This document shows positions 21,188-38,145 of a stretch of 64,000 nt of DNA, in pieces. The notes beneath the pieces are model-generated. The model worked only from the letters and a program-made list of their open reading frames with translations, ran no database searches and was not told where the DNA came from. Origin of the DNA: Ignavibacteriota bacterium (GTDB taxonomy: Bacteria; Bacteroidota; Ignavibacteria; UBA10030; SZUA-254); contig JANYJZ010000032.1 of assembly GCA_025358305.1 (NCBI GenBank), positions 26,904-90,903 on the forward strand, written 5' to 3'. The first letter of the stretch is position 1; each line of letters begins with the position of its first letter. A program made the position numbers and the translations under genes.

Positions 21188-21258
21188 CTGCCGGGGAAGG
21201 ATTCGAACCTTCACTGACGGCTCCAAAGGCCGCTGTCCTGCCATTAGACGACCCGGCA
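21188..21258 (-). tRNA. tRNA-Gln(UUG), embedded between rplR and rpsE
   Basis: Minus strand TGCCGGG TC GTCTAATGGCAGGAC A GCGGC CT-TTG-GA GCCGT CAGT GAAGG TTCGAAT CCTTC CCCGGCA G; full cloverleaf, U1-A72, G73, no encoded CCA. Confidence 0.93.
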
Positions 21259-21305
21259 ACAACACCTGTGGAATCGGCCGGGTCGTTCTGGGCCCCTTCG
21301 AGGGA

Positions 21306-21674
21306 CTAGAATTCGAGTCCAGCCTCACGAGCGCCGTCTGCGAGCGATTTCACGACCCCGTGGTACAAATATCCGTTGCGATCGAACACGACCTTCTTGA
21401 TGTTCTGCTGTACGGCCTTCTTCGCGACCGCCAAGCCGATGCGCTTGGCCACTTCCTTCTGGCCTTTCGCGCCCTTGAGCTCTTCCTTGAGGGTCTTTTC
21501 GAGCGACGAAGCGGCGACGAGCGTCTTCGCCTGCGAATCGTCGATGACCTGCGCGTACATGTGGTGAAGGCTCCGGTAGACCACGAGGCGCGGCCGTTCG
21601 GTCGTCCCCCGGATCTTCTTCGCGACCCGGCTCTTCACAAACATTCGTTGCTTCACTCTTGACTTATTGATCAT
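21306..21674 (-). CDS. rplR: 50S ribosomal protein L18
   Basis: [29 protein letters not shown]. Confidence 0.98.
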   Translation of the reverse strand: MINKSRVKQRMFVKSRVAKKIRGTTERPRLVVYRSLHHMYAQVIDDSQAKTLVAASSLEKTLKEELKGAKGQKEVAKRIGLAVAKKAVQQNIKKVVFDRNGYLYHGVVKSLADGAREAGLEF

Positions 21675-21677
21675 CGC

Positions 21678-22235
21678 TTATGCTCCTTTTGCGCCGGCCG
21701 TCGCTGCTGCCTTGCCAGCCTTCCGACGGATATATTCACCTTCATACTTCACGCCTTTGCCCTTGTAGGGTTCGGGCGGGCGGAAGGAACGCAGCTTCGC
21801 GGCAACCTGGCCGACGAGCTGTTTGTCGATGCCGCTCACGAGGATGTTCGTCGGGATGGGCGTTTCAAGTTTGATGCCGACGGGCGGCTCGAATACGATC
21901 GGGTGGGAATATCCGAGCGCGAGCTGGATCTTCTTCCCCTTCAGTTCGGCCTTGTAACCGACGCCGACGATCTCGAGTTTCCGCTGAAAGCCCTCGGAGA
22001 CCCCCTTGATCATGTTGTTGAGGAGCGCCCGCCACGTCCCGTGCAGGGCCCGGTCGGTCTTCAGATCGGAGGCCCGGGAGACCAAAAAGGTGTCCGCCTT
22101 CGATTCGAAGCTGATGCTCGCAGGCATTCTCGCTGAAAGTTCGCCCTTCGGGCCGACAACCTTCAGCATGCCATCCTTCTTTTCCACTTTTACCCCCTTG
22201 ACAGCGGGGATCGGTTTTCTTCCAATACGTGACAC
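21678..22235 (-). CDS. rplF: 50S ribosomal protein L6
   Basis: SRIGRKPI, LGYSHP, RPPEPYKGKG; GTG start. Confidence 0.99.
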   Translation of the reverse strand: MSRIGRKPIPAVKGVKVEKKDGMLKVVGPKGELSARMPASISFESKADTFLVSRASDLKTDRALHGTWRALLNNMIKGVSEGFQRKLEIVGVGYKAELKGKKIQLALGYSHPIVFEPPVGIKLETPIPTNILVSGIDKQLVGQVAAKLRSFRPPEPYKGKGVKYEGEYIRRKAGKAAATAGAKGA

Positions 22236-22259
22236 GGTATTCTCCTTCGAGCCTTTAAA

Positions 22260-22655
22260 TTACCAGATGTGGCAGAGTACTTCGCCGCCGACTTTTTGCG
22301 CCTTGGCCTGCTTGTCCGTCATGACCCCCCTCGACGTCGAGATCACCGCGACCCCGAGACCGTTCAGGACACGGGGCATCTCTTCGACCGGTACATAGAC
22401 CCGGAGACCCGGCGAACTGATGCGTTTGAGTCCGCTGATGGCGCTGACGCCGTCAGTGTACCGGAGCACGACGCGGATGACGCCTTGCTTGTTATCCGTG
22501 ATCTCCGAATAACTGTTGATGAACTTGTTCTCCACCAGAAGCTTCGAGAGCGACCGCTTCATGTTCGAGGCGGGGATGTCGACGCGCTTATGGCGGGACT
22601 GGATTGCGTTCCGCAATCTCGTCAGATAATCTGCTATGGGATCAGTCGTTTGCAT
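22260..22655 (-). CDS. rpsH: 30S ribosomal protein S8
   Basis: TDPIADYLTRLRN, SSPGLRVY, STSRG, GGEV. Confidence 0.99.
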   Translation of the reverse strand: MQTTDPIADYLTRLRNAIQSRHKRVDIPASNMKRSLSKLLVENKFINSYSEITDNKQGVIRVVLRYTDGVSAISGLKRISSPGLRVYVPVEEMPRVLNGLGVAVISTSRGVMTDKQAKAQKVGGEVLCHIW

Positions 22656-22673
22656 ACGTTCTCGCTTTTCTCC

Positions 22674-22859
22674 TTACCAGCTTGCCTTGATTACGCCAGG
22701 AATTTTTCCTTCAAGCGCCATTTTTCGGAAACAGATCCTGCACATGCCGAACTTCCGCAGGAAGCCGCGCGGACGACCGCAGTTGGCGCAGCGATTATGT
22801 TTACGAACGCCATACTTCGGCGTCCTCTTTGCCTTCACCACCATTGCTAAGCGTGCCAA
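22674..22859 (-). CDS. rpsN: 30S ribosomal protein S14, short zinc-binding type Z
   Basis: 61 aa, RCANCGR...[14 protein letters not shown]; TTG start. Confidence 0.98.
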   Translation of the reverse strand: MARLAMVVKAKRTPKYGVRKHNRCANCGRPRGFLRKFGMCRICFRKMALEGKIPGVIKASW

Positions 22860-22884
22860 TCAAGTTCTCCTATCGCGAAATATA

Positions 22885-23529
22885 TTAGGCTTTGTTGGTT
22901 TCGATGGTTTCCTTCTTCACGAACGGCATGCCGAGCCGCCTGAGAAGCTCGTAGGATTCCTGGTCATTCGCGGCCGTCGTAACGAACGTGACGTCCATGC
23001 CGAATACCTTTGACACCTTGTCGACGTCGATCTCAGGGAAAATGATGTGCTCCTTGATCCCGATCGTATAGTTGCCGCGCCCGTCGAACGACTTGTCGGA
23101 AAAGCCGCGGAAGTCGCGGATGCGGGGGACGGCGACGTTGACGAAGCGGTCGAGGAACTCGTACATGTGCCGTGCGCGCAGGGTCACCCGCGCTCCGATC
23201 GGGAGGCCTTCACGGAGCTTGAAGTTCGAGATCGCCTTCTTCGCCTTCGTGACGACGACCTTCTGGCCGACGATGATCTCAAGGTCCTTCACGACGGCGT
23301 CGAGGAGCTTCGCGTCTTGGGTCGCCTGGCCCACCCCTACGTTGATCGAGATCTTCTCGAGGTGCGGGACCTGCATGATGTTCTTGTATCCAAAATGCTT
23401 CATCATATCGGCGACGACCGTCTTGCGGTACATCTCGTGGAGACGAGGCGTGACGCCCTTTTCCTGTTCATGACTGACAGGAGCCTTCGGCGCGTCCTTG
23501 GCGACTTTCTGTGATTTTTCTTTTCCCAT
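22885..23529 (-). CDS. rplE: 50S ribosomal protein L5
   Basis: [20 protein letters not shown]; N-terminal extension. Confidence 0.99.
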   Translation of the reverse strand: MGKEKSQKVAKDAPKAPVSHEQEKGVTPRLHEMYRKTVVADMMKHFGYKNIMQVPHLEKISINVGVGQATQDAKLLDAVVKDLEIIVGQKVVVTKAKKAISNFKLREGLPIGARVTLRARHMYEFLDRFVNVAVPRIRDFRGFSDKSFDGRGNYTIGIKEHIIFPEIDVDKVSKVFGMDVTFVTTAANDQESYELLRRLGMPFVKKETIETNKA

Positions 23530-23543
23530 GGATGATTCTTTCG

Positions 23544-23867
23544 TTAAAACATTTCTTCACATTTACGGCAGACGCGCATCATGTGCTTCCTGCCGGTTGC
23601 CGCATCGGTGACCTGCTTGTGGCCGACCCGCGAGGGCTTGCTGCACTTCGGGCAGATGACGGTGACATTCGCCGCGTGGATGGGGGCTTCCTTCTGCATG
23701 ATGCCGCCCTGGGGATTTCTCTGGGTCGCGCGGGAATGCCGCTTGATGATGTTGACGCCCTCAACGATCACGCGCATGTTTTCGCGGAACACCTTGAGGA
23801 CCTTGCCGGTCTTCCCGCGGGAGTTCCCGGCGATCACTGTGACGTTATCATTCTTATGGATTTTCAT
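23544..23867 (-). CDS. rplX: 50S ribosomal protein L24
   Basis: VIAG..RGKTGKV, VEGVN, EAPIH; C-terminal CPKC...CRKC. Confidence 0.97.
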   Translation of the reverse strand: MKIHKNDNVTVIAGNSRGKTGKVLKVFRENMRVIVEGVNIIKRHSRATQRNPQGGIMQKEAPIHAANVTVICPKCSKPSRVGHKQVTDAATGRKHMMRVCRKCEEMF

Positions 23868-23888
23868 GTCGTCTCGTTCTTGATAGAG

Positions 23889-24257
23889 TTACAATACTTC
23901 CGGTGCAAGAGATATGATCTTCATATAGTTGCGGTCACGCAATTCACGCGCGACAGGTCCGAAAATGCGCGTTCCGCGGGGCTCGCCCTGCGCGGAAAGG
24001 AGCACGGCGGCGTTCTCGTCGAACCGGATGAACGATCCATCCTTCCGGCGCGTTTCCTTGCGGGTCCGGACAATGACCGCGCGGGAGACCTCTCCCTTCT
24101 TCACGCCTGCACCCGGGATGGCGCTCTTGACGGAAACGACGATGATGTCCCCGATGCCGGCATAGCGCCGGTCGTGGCCGCCCAAGACGCGGATGCAGCG
24201 GACTTTCTTGGCGCCGGAGTTATCGGCGACGACGAGATTCGTTTCTTCCTGGATCAT
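23889..24257 (-). CDS. rplN: 50S ribosomal protein L14
   Basis: [27 protein letters not shown]. Confidence 0.99.
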   Translation of the reverse strand: MIQEETNLVVADNSGAKKVRCIRVLGGHDRRYAGIGDIIVVSVKSAIPGAGVKKGEVSRAVIVRTRKETRRKDGSFIRFDENAAVLLSAQGEPRGTRIFGPVARELRDRNYMKIISLAPEVL

Positions 24258-24270
24258 AGGTCAGCGCAGA

Positions 24271-24531
24271 TTATTTTGCTTTTTGAACGACTTCAATGAG
24301 GCGCCACCGCTTATTCTTGCTCAAGGGGCGGGTCTCCATGATCTTGACGACATCACCGATGCCGGCTTCTTGCTTTTCGTCGTGCGCCATCAGCGTCGTG
24401 GTCCGGGTGAAGTATTTCCGGTACAACTTGTGCGGCACGCGCCGTTCGATCGCAACGACAATGCTCTTCTGCATCTTGTTGCTCACGACCGTACCTTGTC
24501 GCGTCTTCCGTAATGTTTTCCGTTCTACCAT
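24271..24531 (-). CDS. rpsQ: 30S ribosomal protein S17
   Basis: [26 protein letters not shown]. Confidence 0.98.
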   Translation of the reverse strand: MVERKTLRKTRQGTVVSNKMQKSIVVAIERRVPHKLYRKYFTRTTTLMAHDEKQEAGIGDVVKIMETRPLSKNKRWRLIEVVQKAK

Positions 24532-24547
24532 TCAGGTGTCCTTGTGA

Positions 24548-24766
24548 TTACTTTCCCGCAGCCGGAGCTTTGGCGTTCTTCAATTCGATCTGGCGGAGCG
24601 CGGTCTTCATCTTCGCGATGTCGCGCCGGACCATTCTGATCCTGATCGGGCTCTCCAATTGGCTCGTGGCCTTCTGGAATTTCAGATGGACGAGATTCTC
24701 TTCCTCATCCTTGATCCGCTTCCGGAGTTCCGTCTCGGGAATTTCCCGTATTTCCGTGATCTTCAT
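24548..24766 (-). CDS. rpmC: 50S ribosomal protein L29
   Basis: LKFQ.ATSQLE, IR.VRRDIA..KT; position after rplP. Confidence 0.96.
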   Translation of the reverse strand: MKITEIREIPETELRKRIKDEEENLVHLKFQKATSQLESPIRIRMVRRDIAKMKTALRQIELKNAKAPAAGK

Positions 24767-24776
24767 CTTCTACCCC

Positions 24777-25202
24777 TTATTCTTTTGCTTCGTACGTCGG
24801 ACGAGTGACCATCCGGACCTTGATCGGGAGCTTGTGCGATGCGAGTTTCATCGCTTCGGCGGCGACCGGTTTGCTGATCCCGCCGAGCTCGAACATGATG
24901 GTTCCGGGCTTCACCACCGCCACCCAGAATTCCGGAACGCCCTTACCGCTTCCCATACGGGTTTCCGCGGGCTTCTTCGTCACCGGCTTCGACGGGAAGA
25001 TCCGGATCCATACCTTGCCTTCGCGCTTCATGAGGCGGGTGAGTGCGACGCGCGACGCTTCGATCTGTCGCTGCGTGATCCATCCCGGCTCCAGGGCCTT
25101 CAGGCCGAAATCGCCGAAGGCGACGGTTGCGCCGCGGGTGGCCTTGCCCTTCATGCGCCCGCGCTGGGCCTTACGATATTTTACGCGTTTTGGTACTAAC
25201 AT
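24777..25202 (-). CDS. rplP: 50S ribosomal protein L16
   Basis: [23 protein letters not shown]. Confidence 0.99.
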   Translation of the reverse strand: MLVPKRVKYRKAQRGRMKGKATRGATVAFGDFGLKALEPGWITQRQIEASRVALTRLMKREGKVWIRIFPSKPVTKKPAETRMGSGKGVPEFWVAVVKPGTIMFELGGISKPVAAEAMKLASHKLPIKVRMVTRPTYEAKE

Positions 25203-25225
25203 GGTCGTTCAATGGTTCAAGTGTG

Positions 25226-25867
25226 TCAGGCTTTGGTTTGGCGTTCGAGTACTTCACCCTTGCAGATCCACACCTTGACGCCGATCGTGCCGTAGATCGT
25301 CATCGCGGTCGCCTGGGCGTAATCGATATCGGCCCGGAGCGTGTGAAGCGGTATGCGGCCTTCTTTGTACTGTTCGGAGCGCGCGATTTCCGCGCCGCCC
25401 AGCCGTCCGCCGCACATGACGCGGACCCCTTCTGCGCCCATGCGCATCGCGGAGGTGATGCCCATCTTCATGGCCCGGCGGAAGGACATGCGTCCTTCGA
25501 GCTGACCTGCGATATTCTCTGCAAGGAGGAATGCGTCAAGTTCCGGACGCTTGATCTCGTGGATGAGGATCTTCACTTCTTTGTTCGTGACCTGCTTCAG
25601 CTCCTCTTCGAGCTGCGTGATCTCTTTGCCCGAACGGCCGATGACGATGCCGGGACGGGACGTATGGATCGTGATGACGGCCCGCTTCGGCGTCCGCTCA
25701 ATGAGGATCCGGGAGATACCGGCTTTCTTCAGGCGGTTCTGCACGTACGTACGGATCTTCGAATCTTCCTGAAGCTTCTCTGCAAACGTTTTTTCGTCGT
25801 ACCAGTTGGAGTCCCATGAACGCAGGATCCCTAAACGAAAACCGACCGGATGTACTTTTTGTCCCAA
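25226..25867 (-). CDS. rpsC: 30S ribosomal protein S3
   Basis: [36 protein letters not shown]; TTG start. Confidence 0.99.
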   Translation of the reverse strand: MGQKVHPVGFRLGILRSWDSNWYDEKTFAEKLQEDSKIRTYVQNRLKKAGISRILIERTPKRAVITIHTSRPGIVIGRSGKEITQLEEELKQVTNKEVKILIHEIKRPELDAFLLAENIAGQLEGRMSFRRAMKMGITSAMRMGAEGVRVMCGGRLGGAEIARSEQYKEGRIPLHTLRADIDYAQATAMTIYGTIGVKVWICKGEVLERQTKA

Positions 25868-25880
25868 AGATCCTCCTGCG

Positions 25881-26312
25881 TTAAGCTGGTTTCTTTGCTG
25901 CAGCAGCCGGCTTCTTTGCTGCCGCTGCTTGTTTAGGTTTCGCGGGCGAAACCTTCTTCACTTTTACGGCCTTCTGCGCGACGATAATGGTCACGTGGTT
26001 CGAACGCTTCAAGATCGGGTACGCGCGGCCCATCGGTGCGGGGAGCATGCGCTTCAAACTCGGCCCGCCGTTGACGAACGCCTCCTTGATGAAGAGCGTC
26101 TCGAGTTCGAGGCGTCCCGACTCGTCCTTGTTCTGGATGTTGGAGACGGCGCTGCGCAGGACCTTTTCAGCGACCTTCGAAGCGTGCTTCGGGGAGAAAT
26201 GAAGGATCCCCAGGGCGTCCGGAACCGACTTGCCGCGGATGAGGTCAATGATGAGGCGCATCTTGCGCGGCGAAGAATTGACATAACGATTGATGGCACG
26301 GGCTTCGAGCAT
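25881..26312 (-). CDS. rplV: 50S ribosomal protein L22
   Basis: True start MLEARAIN at 26312 behind AGGAGG; [14 protein letters not shown]; K/A/P-rich tail. Confidence 0.97.
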   Translation of the reverse strand: MLEARAINRYVNSSPRKMRLIIDLIRGKSVPDALGILHFSPKHASKVAEKVLRSAVSNIQNKDESGRLELETLFIKEAFVNGGPSLKRMLPAPMGRAYPILKRSNHVTIIVAQKAVKVKKVSPAKPKQAAAAKKPAAAAKKPA

Positions 26313-26316
26313 GGCC

Positions 26317-26607
26317 TTATCCTCCTGCCGACGTTGTGGACTCGGCCTTGAGACCCGGATGGGTCCGGAAGTTCCGCGTCGGTGCGAATTCGCCGAGCTT
26401 GTGGCCCACCATGCCTTCGTGCACGTAGACGGGGATGAACTTGTTCCCGTTGTGGACGGCGAAGGTGTGTCCGACAAAATCCGGCGTAATGGTGGAGGTC
26501 CGGCTCCAGGTCTTGACGACCTTCTTCTGCCCGGACTTGATCATCGCCTCAATCTTCGCGAGAAGTTTCGCGTCGACATACGGCCCTTTTTTTAATGAAC
26601 GACTCAT
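26317..26607 (-). CDS. rpsS: 30S ribosomal protein S19
   Basis: [24 protein letters not shown]. Confidence 0.99.
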   Translation of the reverse strand: MSRSLKKGPYVDAKLLAKIEAMIKSGQKKVVKTWSRTSTITPDFVGHTFAVHNGNKFIPVYVHEGMVGHKLGEFAPTRNFRTHPGLKAESTTSAGG

Positions 26608-26631
26608 ACGATCAGACTCAGATTAATGGGT

Positions 26632-27459
26632 TTACTTGCGTCGCTTGACAATGAACTTGCTGGACTGCAGCTTTGCATGCCGCGTCTTCTTCCCCTTGGT
26701 ATGCCAGCCCCACGGTGACACCGGGTGCGGATTGCCCTGGGGTGATTTTCCTTCGCCGCCGCCGTGCGGGTGATCGACCGGGTTCATGACGACGCCGCGG
26801 GACTGCGGCCGGATGCCGAGCCAGCGCGACCGACCGGCCTTGCCGAGGCTGATGTTCTCGTGGTCGCCGTTGCCAACGATGCCGATGGTGGCATAGCACT
26901 CAAGAGGGATGTTCCGGATCTCGCCGGAGGGCAGCTTGAGTTGCGCGTACTTGCCTTCCTTTGCCATGAGCTGGATGGACGTTCCGGCGCTTCGGGCGAT
27001 CTGTGCGCCCTTGCCGGGGCGCATTTCGACGTTGTGGATGAACGTGCTCACCGGGATGTTCGCCAATGGCATCGCATTGCCCGACTTGATCTCCGACTGC
27101 GGACCCGACATGAGGAGCTCTCCGACCTTGACGCCGTCCGGGGCGATGATGTAGCGTTTTTCGCCGTCGGGATACTGCAGGAGCGCGATGCGCGAGGATC
27201 GGTTCGGATCGTATTCGATCGACATCACCTTCGCCGCCATGTTGAGCTTGTTCCGCTTGAAGTCGATGATGCGGTAGAAGCGCTTGTGTCCGCCGCCGCG
27301 GTGCCGCGACGTGATATGCCCGTTCGTGTTGCGCCCGCCGGTCTTGCGCAGGGCCTCGATGAGCGAGCGTTCCGGCTTCGACTTCGTGATCTCCTCGAAT
27401 GTCGGGATCGACATCCATCGGGTGCCGGGCGTATTCGGTTTTAATTTTCGGAGTGCCAT
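26632..27459 (-). CDS. rplB: 50S ribosomal protein L2
   Basis: [28 protein letters not shown]. Confidence 0.99.
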   Translation of the reverse strand: MALRKLKPNTPGTRWMSIPTFEEITKSKPERSLIEALRKTGGRNTNGHITSRHRGGGHKRFYRIIDFKRNKLNMAAKVMSIEYDPNRSSRIALLQYPDGEKRYIIAPDGVKVGELLMSGPQSEIKSGNAMPLANIPVSTFIHNVEMRPGKGAQIARSAGTSIQLMAKEGKYAQLKLPSGEIRNIPLECYATIGIVGNGDHENISLGKAGRSRWLGIRPQSRGVVMNPVDHPHGGGEGKSPQGNPHPVSPWGWHTKGKKTRHAKLQSSKFIVKRRK

Positions 27460-27480
27460 AGTGGTCTCTGCTCTTGCGTC

Positions 27481-27771
27481 TTAAACGTTTTCAAAAAGAT
27501 TGATCTTGTCGCCCTCTTTGAGCATGACGATCGCCTTCTTGAAGTGCGACCGCTTGCCGGCGAACTTGCCCTTCTTCGTCATCTGGGACTTCGTCTTGCC
27601 CTTGTAGTTCATCGTTCGCACGGAGGTGACGGTGACATTGAACTTCTTCGTGATCGCGCGCGCGATCTCGATCTTGTTCGAGTTGAGGGCCACCTCGAAG
27701 GCGTAGAGGCCCTTCTCCTGCTGTGCGGTCATCTTCTCGGTGACGATCGGACGAAATATGATTCCAGTCAT
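27481..27771 (-). CDS. rplW: 50S ribosomal protein L23
   Basis: RPIVTEK, NKIEI, KKAIV. Confidence 0.97.
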   Translation of the reverse strand: MTGIIFRPIVTEKMTAQQEKGLYAFEVALNSNKIEIARAITKKFNVTVTSVRTMNYKGKTKSQMTKKGKFAGKRSHFKKAIVMLKEGDKINLFENV

Positions 27772-27777
27772 ACGCTC

Positions 27778-28410
27778 TTACTCTTTATGGAAAGTGTTTT
27801 CGAGCGCTTCGATCGCGCTCTTCTGTATCAGGAGGATCTGGCTGTCCAGGATCTCATAGGTGGACGCCTTCGCCGCCTCGATCACGTGGAGCGAGGGGAC
27901 ATTGCGGCCCGACTTGTACACGTTCAGGTCGACCTTCGGCACCAGGAGCAGGATCTTCTTCCCGCTGAGGTCAAGAGCCTTCATGACGGCGACCATTTCC
28001 TTCGTCGTCGGCTTGTCGAACGTAAAATCCTCGACGATACGGATCGCTGCGTCCTTCGCCTTGTGGCTCAGAGCGGACTTCCTGGCGAGCTCCTTCATCT
28101 GCTTCGGCAGCTTCCGCGAGTAGTCGCGGGGCTGAGGTCCGAAGATCGTGCCGCCGCCCTTCCAGAGGGGCGAACGGACGGCGCCGACACGGGCGCGACC
28201 GGTGTGCTTCTGCTTCCAGAGCTTCTTGCCGCTTCCCGCAACCTCGCCGTAGGTCTTCGTCTTGCTCGTCCCCTGGCGGCGGTTCGCCATATGGGTCACG
28301 ACGGCCTGGTAGATCGCGTGGTCGTTCGGTTCAATGCCGAAGATCGAGGCGGAAAGCTTCGCTTTCTGCCCGGTCGGTTTGCCGCTCTTTGAATAGATAT
28401 CGAGTTCCAT
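27778..28410 (-). CDS. rplD: 50S ribosomal protein L4
   Basis: RQGT..TK, KQKHTGRAR, GGG.IFGP.PR. Confidence 0.98.
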   Translation of the reverse strand: MELDIYSKSGKPTGQKAKLSASIFGIEPNDHAIYQAVVTHMANRRQGTSKTKTYGEVAGSGKKLWKQKHTGRARVGAVRSPLWKGGGTIFGPQPRDYSRKLPKQMKELARKSALSHKAKDAAIRIVEDFTFDKPTTKEMVAVMKALDLSGKKILLLVPKVDLNVYKSGRNVPSLHVIEAAKASTYEILDSQILLIQKSAIEALENTFHKE

Positions 28411-28437
28411 GACGTTCCGCTTCAGAGAAAAGGAAAA

Positions 28438-29064
28438 TTACTGCTCTTTGTGAATCTCAACGTAGCTGTTGTTGTAGCCCGGGACCGATCCAAGGATCAG
28501 GATGAGGTTGGACTCGGGAATGATCTGAACGACGCGCAAATTCTTCACCGTGACGTTCTCCCCGCCCATGCGTCCCGCCATGCGCATGCCCTTGAAGACA
28601 CGCGACGGATAGGAGCTCGAACCGATGGATCCGGGAGCGCGCTGACGGTCGGACTGACCGTGCGTCCGGACGCCGCCGCCGAAGTGATGGCGCTTCACGA
28701 CGCCCTGGAAGCCCTTGCCCTTCGACTGGCCCTGCACCGAGACGATATCGCCCTTGGCGAAGATCGAATCGACGCGCACTTCCGCGCCGACCTGGTACTT
28801 GCTGACGTCGAAGCCGCGGAACTCCCTCAGGAGCTTCTTGGCGGCAATGCCGGCTTTCTTGAAATGGCCCGCAAGCGGCTTGTTCACGAGGCGTTCTTTC
28901 TTCTCCTCGAAGCCGAGCTGGAGCGCTTCATAGCCGTCCTTCTCCTTTGTCTTGATCTGTGCGACAAAGCAGGGGCCGGCCTCAATGACGGTGCAGGGCA
29001 GAGATTCACCCTTCTCATCAAAGACACTCGTCATGCCTAATTTCTTACCGAGAATAGCAGTCAT
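28438..29064 (-). CDS. rplC: 50S ribosomal protein L3
   Basis: Start [12 protein letters not shown] at 29064; [21 protein letters not shown]. Confidence 0.98.
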   Translation of the reverse strand: MTAILGKKLGMTSVFDEKGESLPCTVIEAGPCFVAQIKTKEKDGYEALQLGFEEKKERLVNKPLAGHFKKAGIAAKKLLREFRGFDVSKYQVGAEVRVDSIFAKGDIVSVQGQSKGKGFQGVVKRHHFGGGVRTHGQSDRQRAPGSIGSSSYPSRVFKGMRMAGRMGGENVTVKNLRVVQIIPESNLILILGSVPGYNNSYVEIHKEQ

Positions 29065-29155
29065 TGGATCATTTCTGAAAAATATGTTCATGTAGCCTGA
29101 GAACGTCAGAGCGCTTCAGGGCACGTTAGTAAAGACGAAAGGAAACCCTAGGTCG

Positions 29156-29464
29156 TCAGACCTTTATCTCCACATCGACGCCAGCGGGGAGCTCAAGCTT
29201 CATCAACGAGTCAACCGTCTTGTTCGACGAGTTGAGGATATCGATGAGGCGCTTATGGGAACGCATTTCGAACTGTTCACGCGACTTCTTATCCACGTTG
29301 GGAGAACGCAACACGGTATAGAGCGTACGCTTCGTGGGCAGCGGGATCGGCCCTGATACGACAGCCCCCGTCGACTTGACGGTCTTGATGATCTTCTCCG
29401 CCGATTTGTCGATCAGCGCGTGATCATACGACTTCAGCTTTATGCGTATCTTCTGTCCGGCCAC
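29156..29464 (-). CDS. rpsJ: 30S ribosomal protein S10
   Basis: [29 protein letters not shown]; GTG start. Confidence 0.99.
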   Translation of the reverse strand: MAGQKIRIKLKSYDHALIDKSAEKIIKTVKSTGAVVSGPIPLPTKRTLYTVLRSPNVDKKSREQFEMRSHKRLIDILNSSNKTVDSLMKLELPAGVDVEIKV

Positions 29465-29492
29465 GGTGTACGTTCCTTAGGTTATGCTGTTC

Positions 29493-30704
29493 TTATTCGA
29501 TGATCTTCGTAACGACGCCCGCGCCGACGGTGTGGCCGCCTTCACGGATGGCGAACTTCAGACCGTCTTCCATCGCGATGTTCGTGATGAGTTCGACGAC
29601 GATATTGTCGACGTTGTCGCCCGGCATGACCATTTCCGTGCCGGTAGGAAGCGTTGCAACACCCGTCACGTCCGTCGTGCGGAAATAGAACTGCGGACGG
29701 TAGCCGGTGAAGAACGGCGTATGACGGCCGCCTTCTTCCTTCTTCAGGATGTAGACCTGGGCGTTGAATTTCTTGTGCGGGGTGATCGAACCCGGCTTGG
29801 CGATGACCATGCCGCGCTCGAGATCGTTCTTTTCCACGCCGCGCAAGAGCACGCCGGCGTTGTCGCCCGCCTGGACCTCTTCGAGTTCCTTGCGGAACAT
29901 CTCTGCGCCGGTGATGACGGTCTTCTTGTGCGCGCCGAGACCGATGACCTCGACTTCGTCACCGACCTTCGCACGGCCGCGTTCAACGCGACCCGTACCG
30001 ACGGTGCCGCGTCCCGTGATCGAGAAGACGTCCTCGATCGGCATGAGGAACGGCTTTTCAATGTCGCGCTTCGGCAGGGGGATGTAGCTGTCCACTGCGT
30101 CCATAAGATCGAAGATCGGCTTGAACGCCGGATCGTCGGCCTTGGAATCGGGCGCAAGCGCGCGTTCCATGGCCTTCAAGGCGCTGCCGCGGACGATGGG
30201 GATCTCGTCGCCGGGATACTCGTACTTCTTCAGGAGGTCGCGCATTTCCATCTCGACGAGTTCGATGAGCTCGGGATCGTCGACCATGTCGATCTTGTTC
30301 ATGAACACCACGATCCGGGGTACGCCGACCTGGCGAGCAAGCAAGATGTGTTCGCGCGTTTGGGGCATCGGACCGTCGTTCGCCGCGACGACGAGGATCG
30401 CTCCGTCCATCTGGGCGGCGCCGGTGATCATGTTCTTGATATAGTCAGCATGGCCCGGACAGTCGACGTGCGCATAGTGGCGCTTGTCGGTCTCGTATTC
30501 CACGTGAGCGACGGCGATGGTGATGCCGCGCTCGCGCTCCTCGGGAGCGTTGTCAATACTGTCGAAGGTACGCACGGTGGATAGTCCCTTCTTCCCGAGC
30601 ACCATGGTGATGGCGGCGGTGAGGGTCGTCTTCCCGTGATCGATGTGACCGATCGTCCCGACGTTGACGTGGGGTTTGTCTCTTTTGAATTTTTCTTTTG
30701 CCAT
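29493..30704 (-). CDS. tuf: Elongation factor Tu
   Basis: [37 protein letters not shown]. Confidence 0.99.
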   Translation of the reverse strand: MAKEKFKRDKPHVNVGTIGHIDHGKTTLTAAITMVLGKKGLSTVRTFDSIDNAPEERERGITIAVAHVEYETDKRHYAHVDCPGHADYIKNMITGAAQMDGAILVVAANDGPMPQTREHILLARQVGVPRIVVFMNKIDMVDDPELIELVEMEMRDLLKKYEYPGDEIPIVRGSALKAMERALAPDSKADDPAFKPIFDLMDAVDSYIPLPKRDIEKPFLMPIEDVFSITGRGTVGTGRVERGRAKVGDEVEVIGLGAHKKTVITGAEMFRKELEEVQAGDNAGVLLRGVEKNDLERGMVIAKPGSITPHKKFNAQVYILKKEEGGRHTPFFTGYRPQFYFRTTDVTGVATLPTGTEMVMPGDNVDNIVVELITNIAMEDGLKFAIREGGHTVGAGVVTKIIE

Positions 30705-30760
30705 ACTATGATCTCCTTATCGCTGAATCAGAACTGAAATGATTGTCGTAAATATTAAAT

Positions 30761-32863
<2,103 letters not shown>

Positions 32864-32896
32864 AGGTATCGGTTCGTTACAGTCGGTTCGTCGTTA

Positions 32897-33364
32897 TCAG
32901 AACTTGAAATGCGCGAATGCCTTGTTGGCTTCAGCCATCTTATGCGTGTCTTCTTTCTTCTTCACCGCGCTGCCCTCGTTGTTCGAGGCGGCGAGGAACT
33001 CTGCGGCGAGCTTTGCGGACATCGACTTGTCCTTGCGCTCGCTCGCATACGAAATGAGCCATCGGATCGCCAGGGCGATGCTCCGATCCGAACGGACCTC
33101 CGTCGGGATCTGGTAGGTCGCTCCGCCGACGCGCCGGGCCCGGATCTCAAGGACCGGCTTGACGTTACTCACCGCTTTCTTGAAGATCTCGAGTCCGGTG
33201 TGTTTCCCCCGGGACTCGGCCATGGTGAACGCGTCGTACACGATCTTGCGGGCAAGATGCTTTTTGCCGCTCTTGAGAACGCTGTTGATGAACTTCGCGA
33301 CCAGAACGTCGTTGAACTTCGGGTCGGGAGTGATGATTCGTCGGGCTGCTGTTTTCTTTCTCAT
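32897..33364 (-). CDS. rpsG: 30S ribosomal protein S7
   Basis: RRVGGATYQIP, HKMAEANKAFAH. Confidence 0.99.
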   Translation of the reverse strand: MRKKTAARRIITPDPKFNDVLVAKFINSVLKSGKKHLARKIVYDAFTMAESRGKHTGLEIFKKAVSNVKPVLEIRARRVGGATYQIPTEVRSDRSIALAIRWLISYASERKDKSMSAKLAAEFLAASNNEGSAVKKKEDTHKMAEANKAFAHFKF

Positions 33365-33367
33365 ATG

Positions 33368-33739
33368 CTATTTCGGCTTCTTTGCACCGTATTTCGACCT
33401 GCCCTGCTTCCGGTCCGTCACACCCGCTGTATCGAGGGTGCCGCGGACGATGTGGTAACGGACGCCGGGAAGATCCTTCACTCTGCCGCCCCGGATAAGG
33501 ACGATCGAGTGTTCCTGAAGGTTATGGCCTTCACCAGGGATGTACGCCGTCACCTCAAGGCTGTTCGTAAGCCTCACCCTGGCGACCTTGCGGAGCGCAG
33601 AGTTAGGTTTCTTAGGCGTGGTCGTGTAAACCCGAGTGCAAACGCCCCGTTTTTGGGGTGACCGTTGCAACGCAGGGGCTTTACTCTTCCAAGTGACTTT
33701 TTCGCGGCTAAAGCGAACGAGCTGATTGATCGTGGGCAA
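33368..33739 (-). CDS. rpsL: 30S ribosomal protein S12
   Basis: [27 protein letters not shown]; TTG start with AGGAG. Confidence 0.99.
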   Translation of the reverse strand: MPTINQLVRFSREKVTWKSKAPALQRSPQKRGVCTRVYTTTPKKPNSALRKVARVRLTNSLEVTAYIPGEGHNLQEHSIVLIRGGRVKDLPGVRYHIVRGTLDTAGVTDRKQGRSKYGAKKPK

Positions 33740-33772
33740 AACGTCTACTCCTAGTTTTCAATGAAGCCTACA

Positions 33773-33801
33773 AATATATGAATTATTTACTGATTTGTCA
33801 A
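33773..33801 (-). promoter_or_regulatory. str operon promoter
   Basis: Minus strand TTGACA-N17-TATATT(TG) with an A-tract upstream. Confidence 0.8.
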
Positions 33802-33843
33802 CTATTTTTTGACCAAAATCCGGATATTTGTTCGATCCGTAAA

Positions 33844-38130
<4,287 letters not shown>

Positions 38131-38145
38131 GCATTCGCTCCATTC

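Noticed and set aside
14356-26312. K/A/P-rich extensions on L17, L5 and L22
   Set aside because: Low-complexity r-protein tails are common in this group and are not DNA-level repeats
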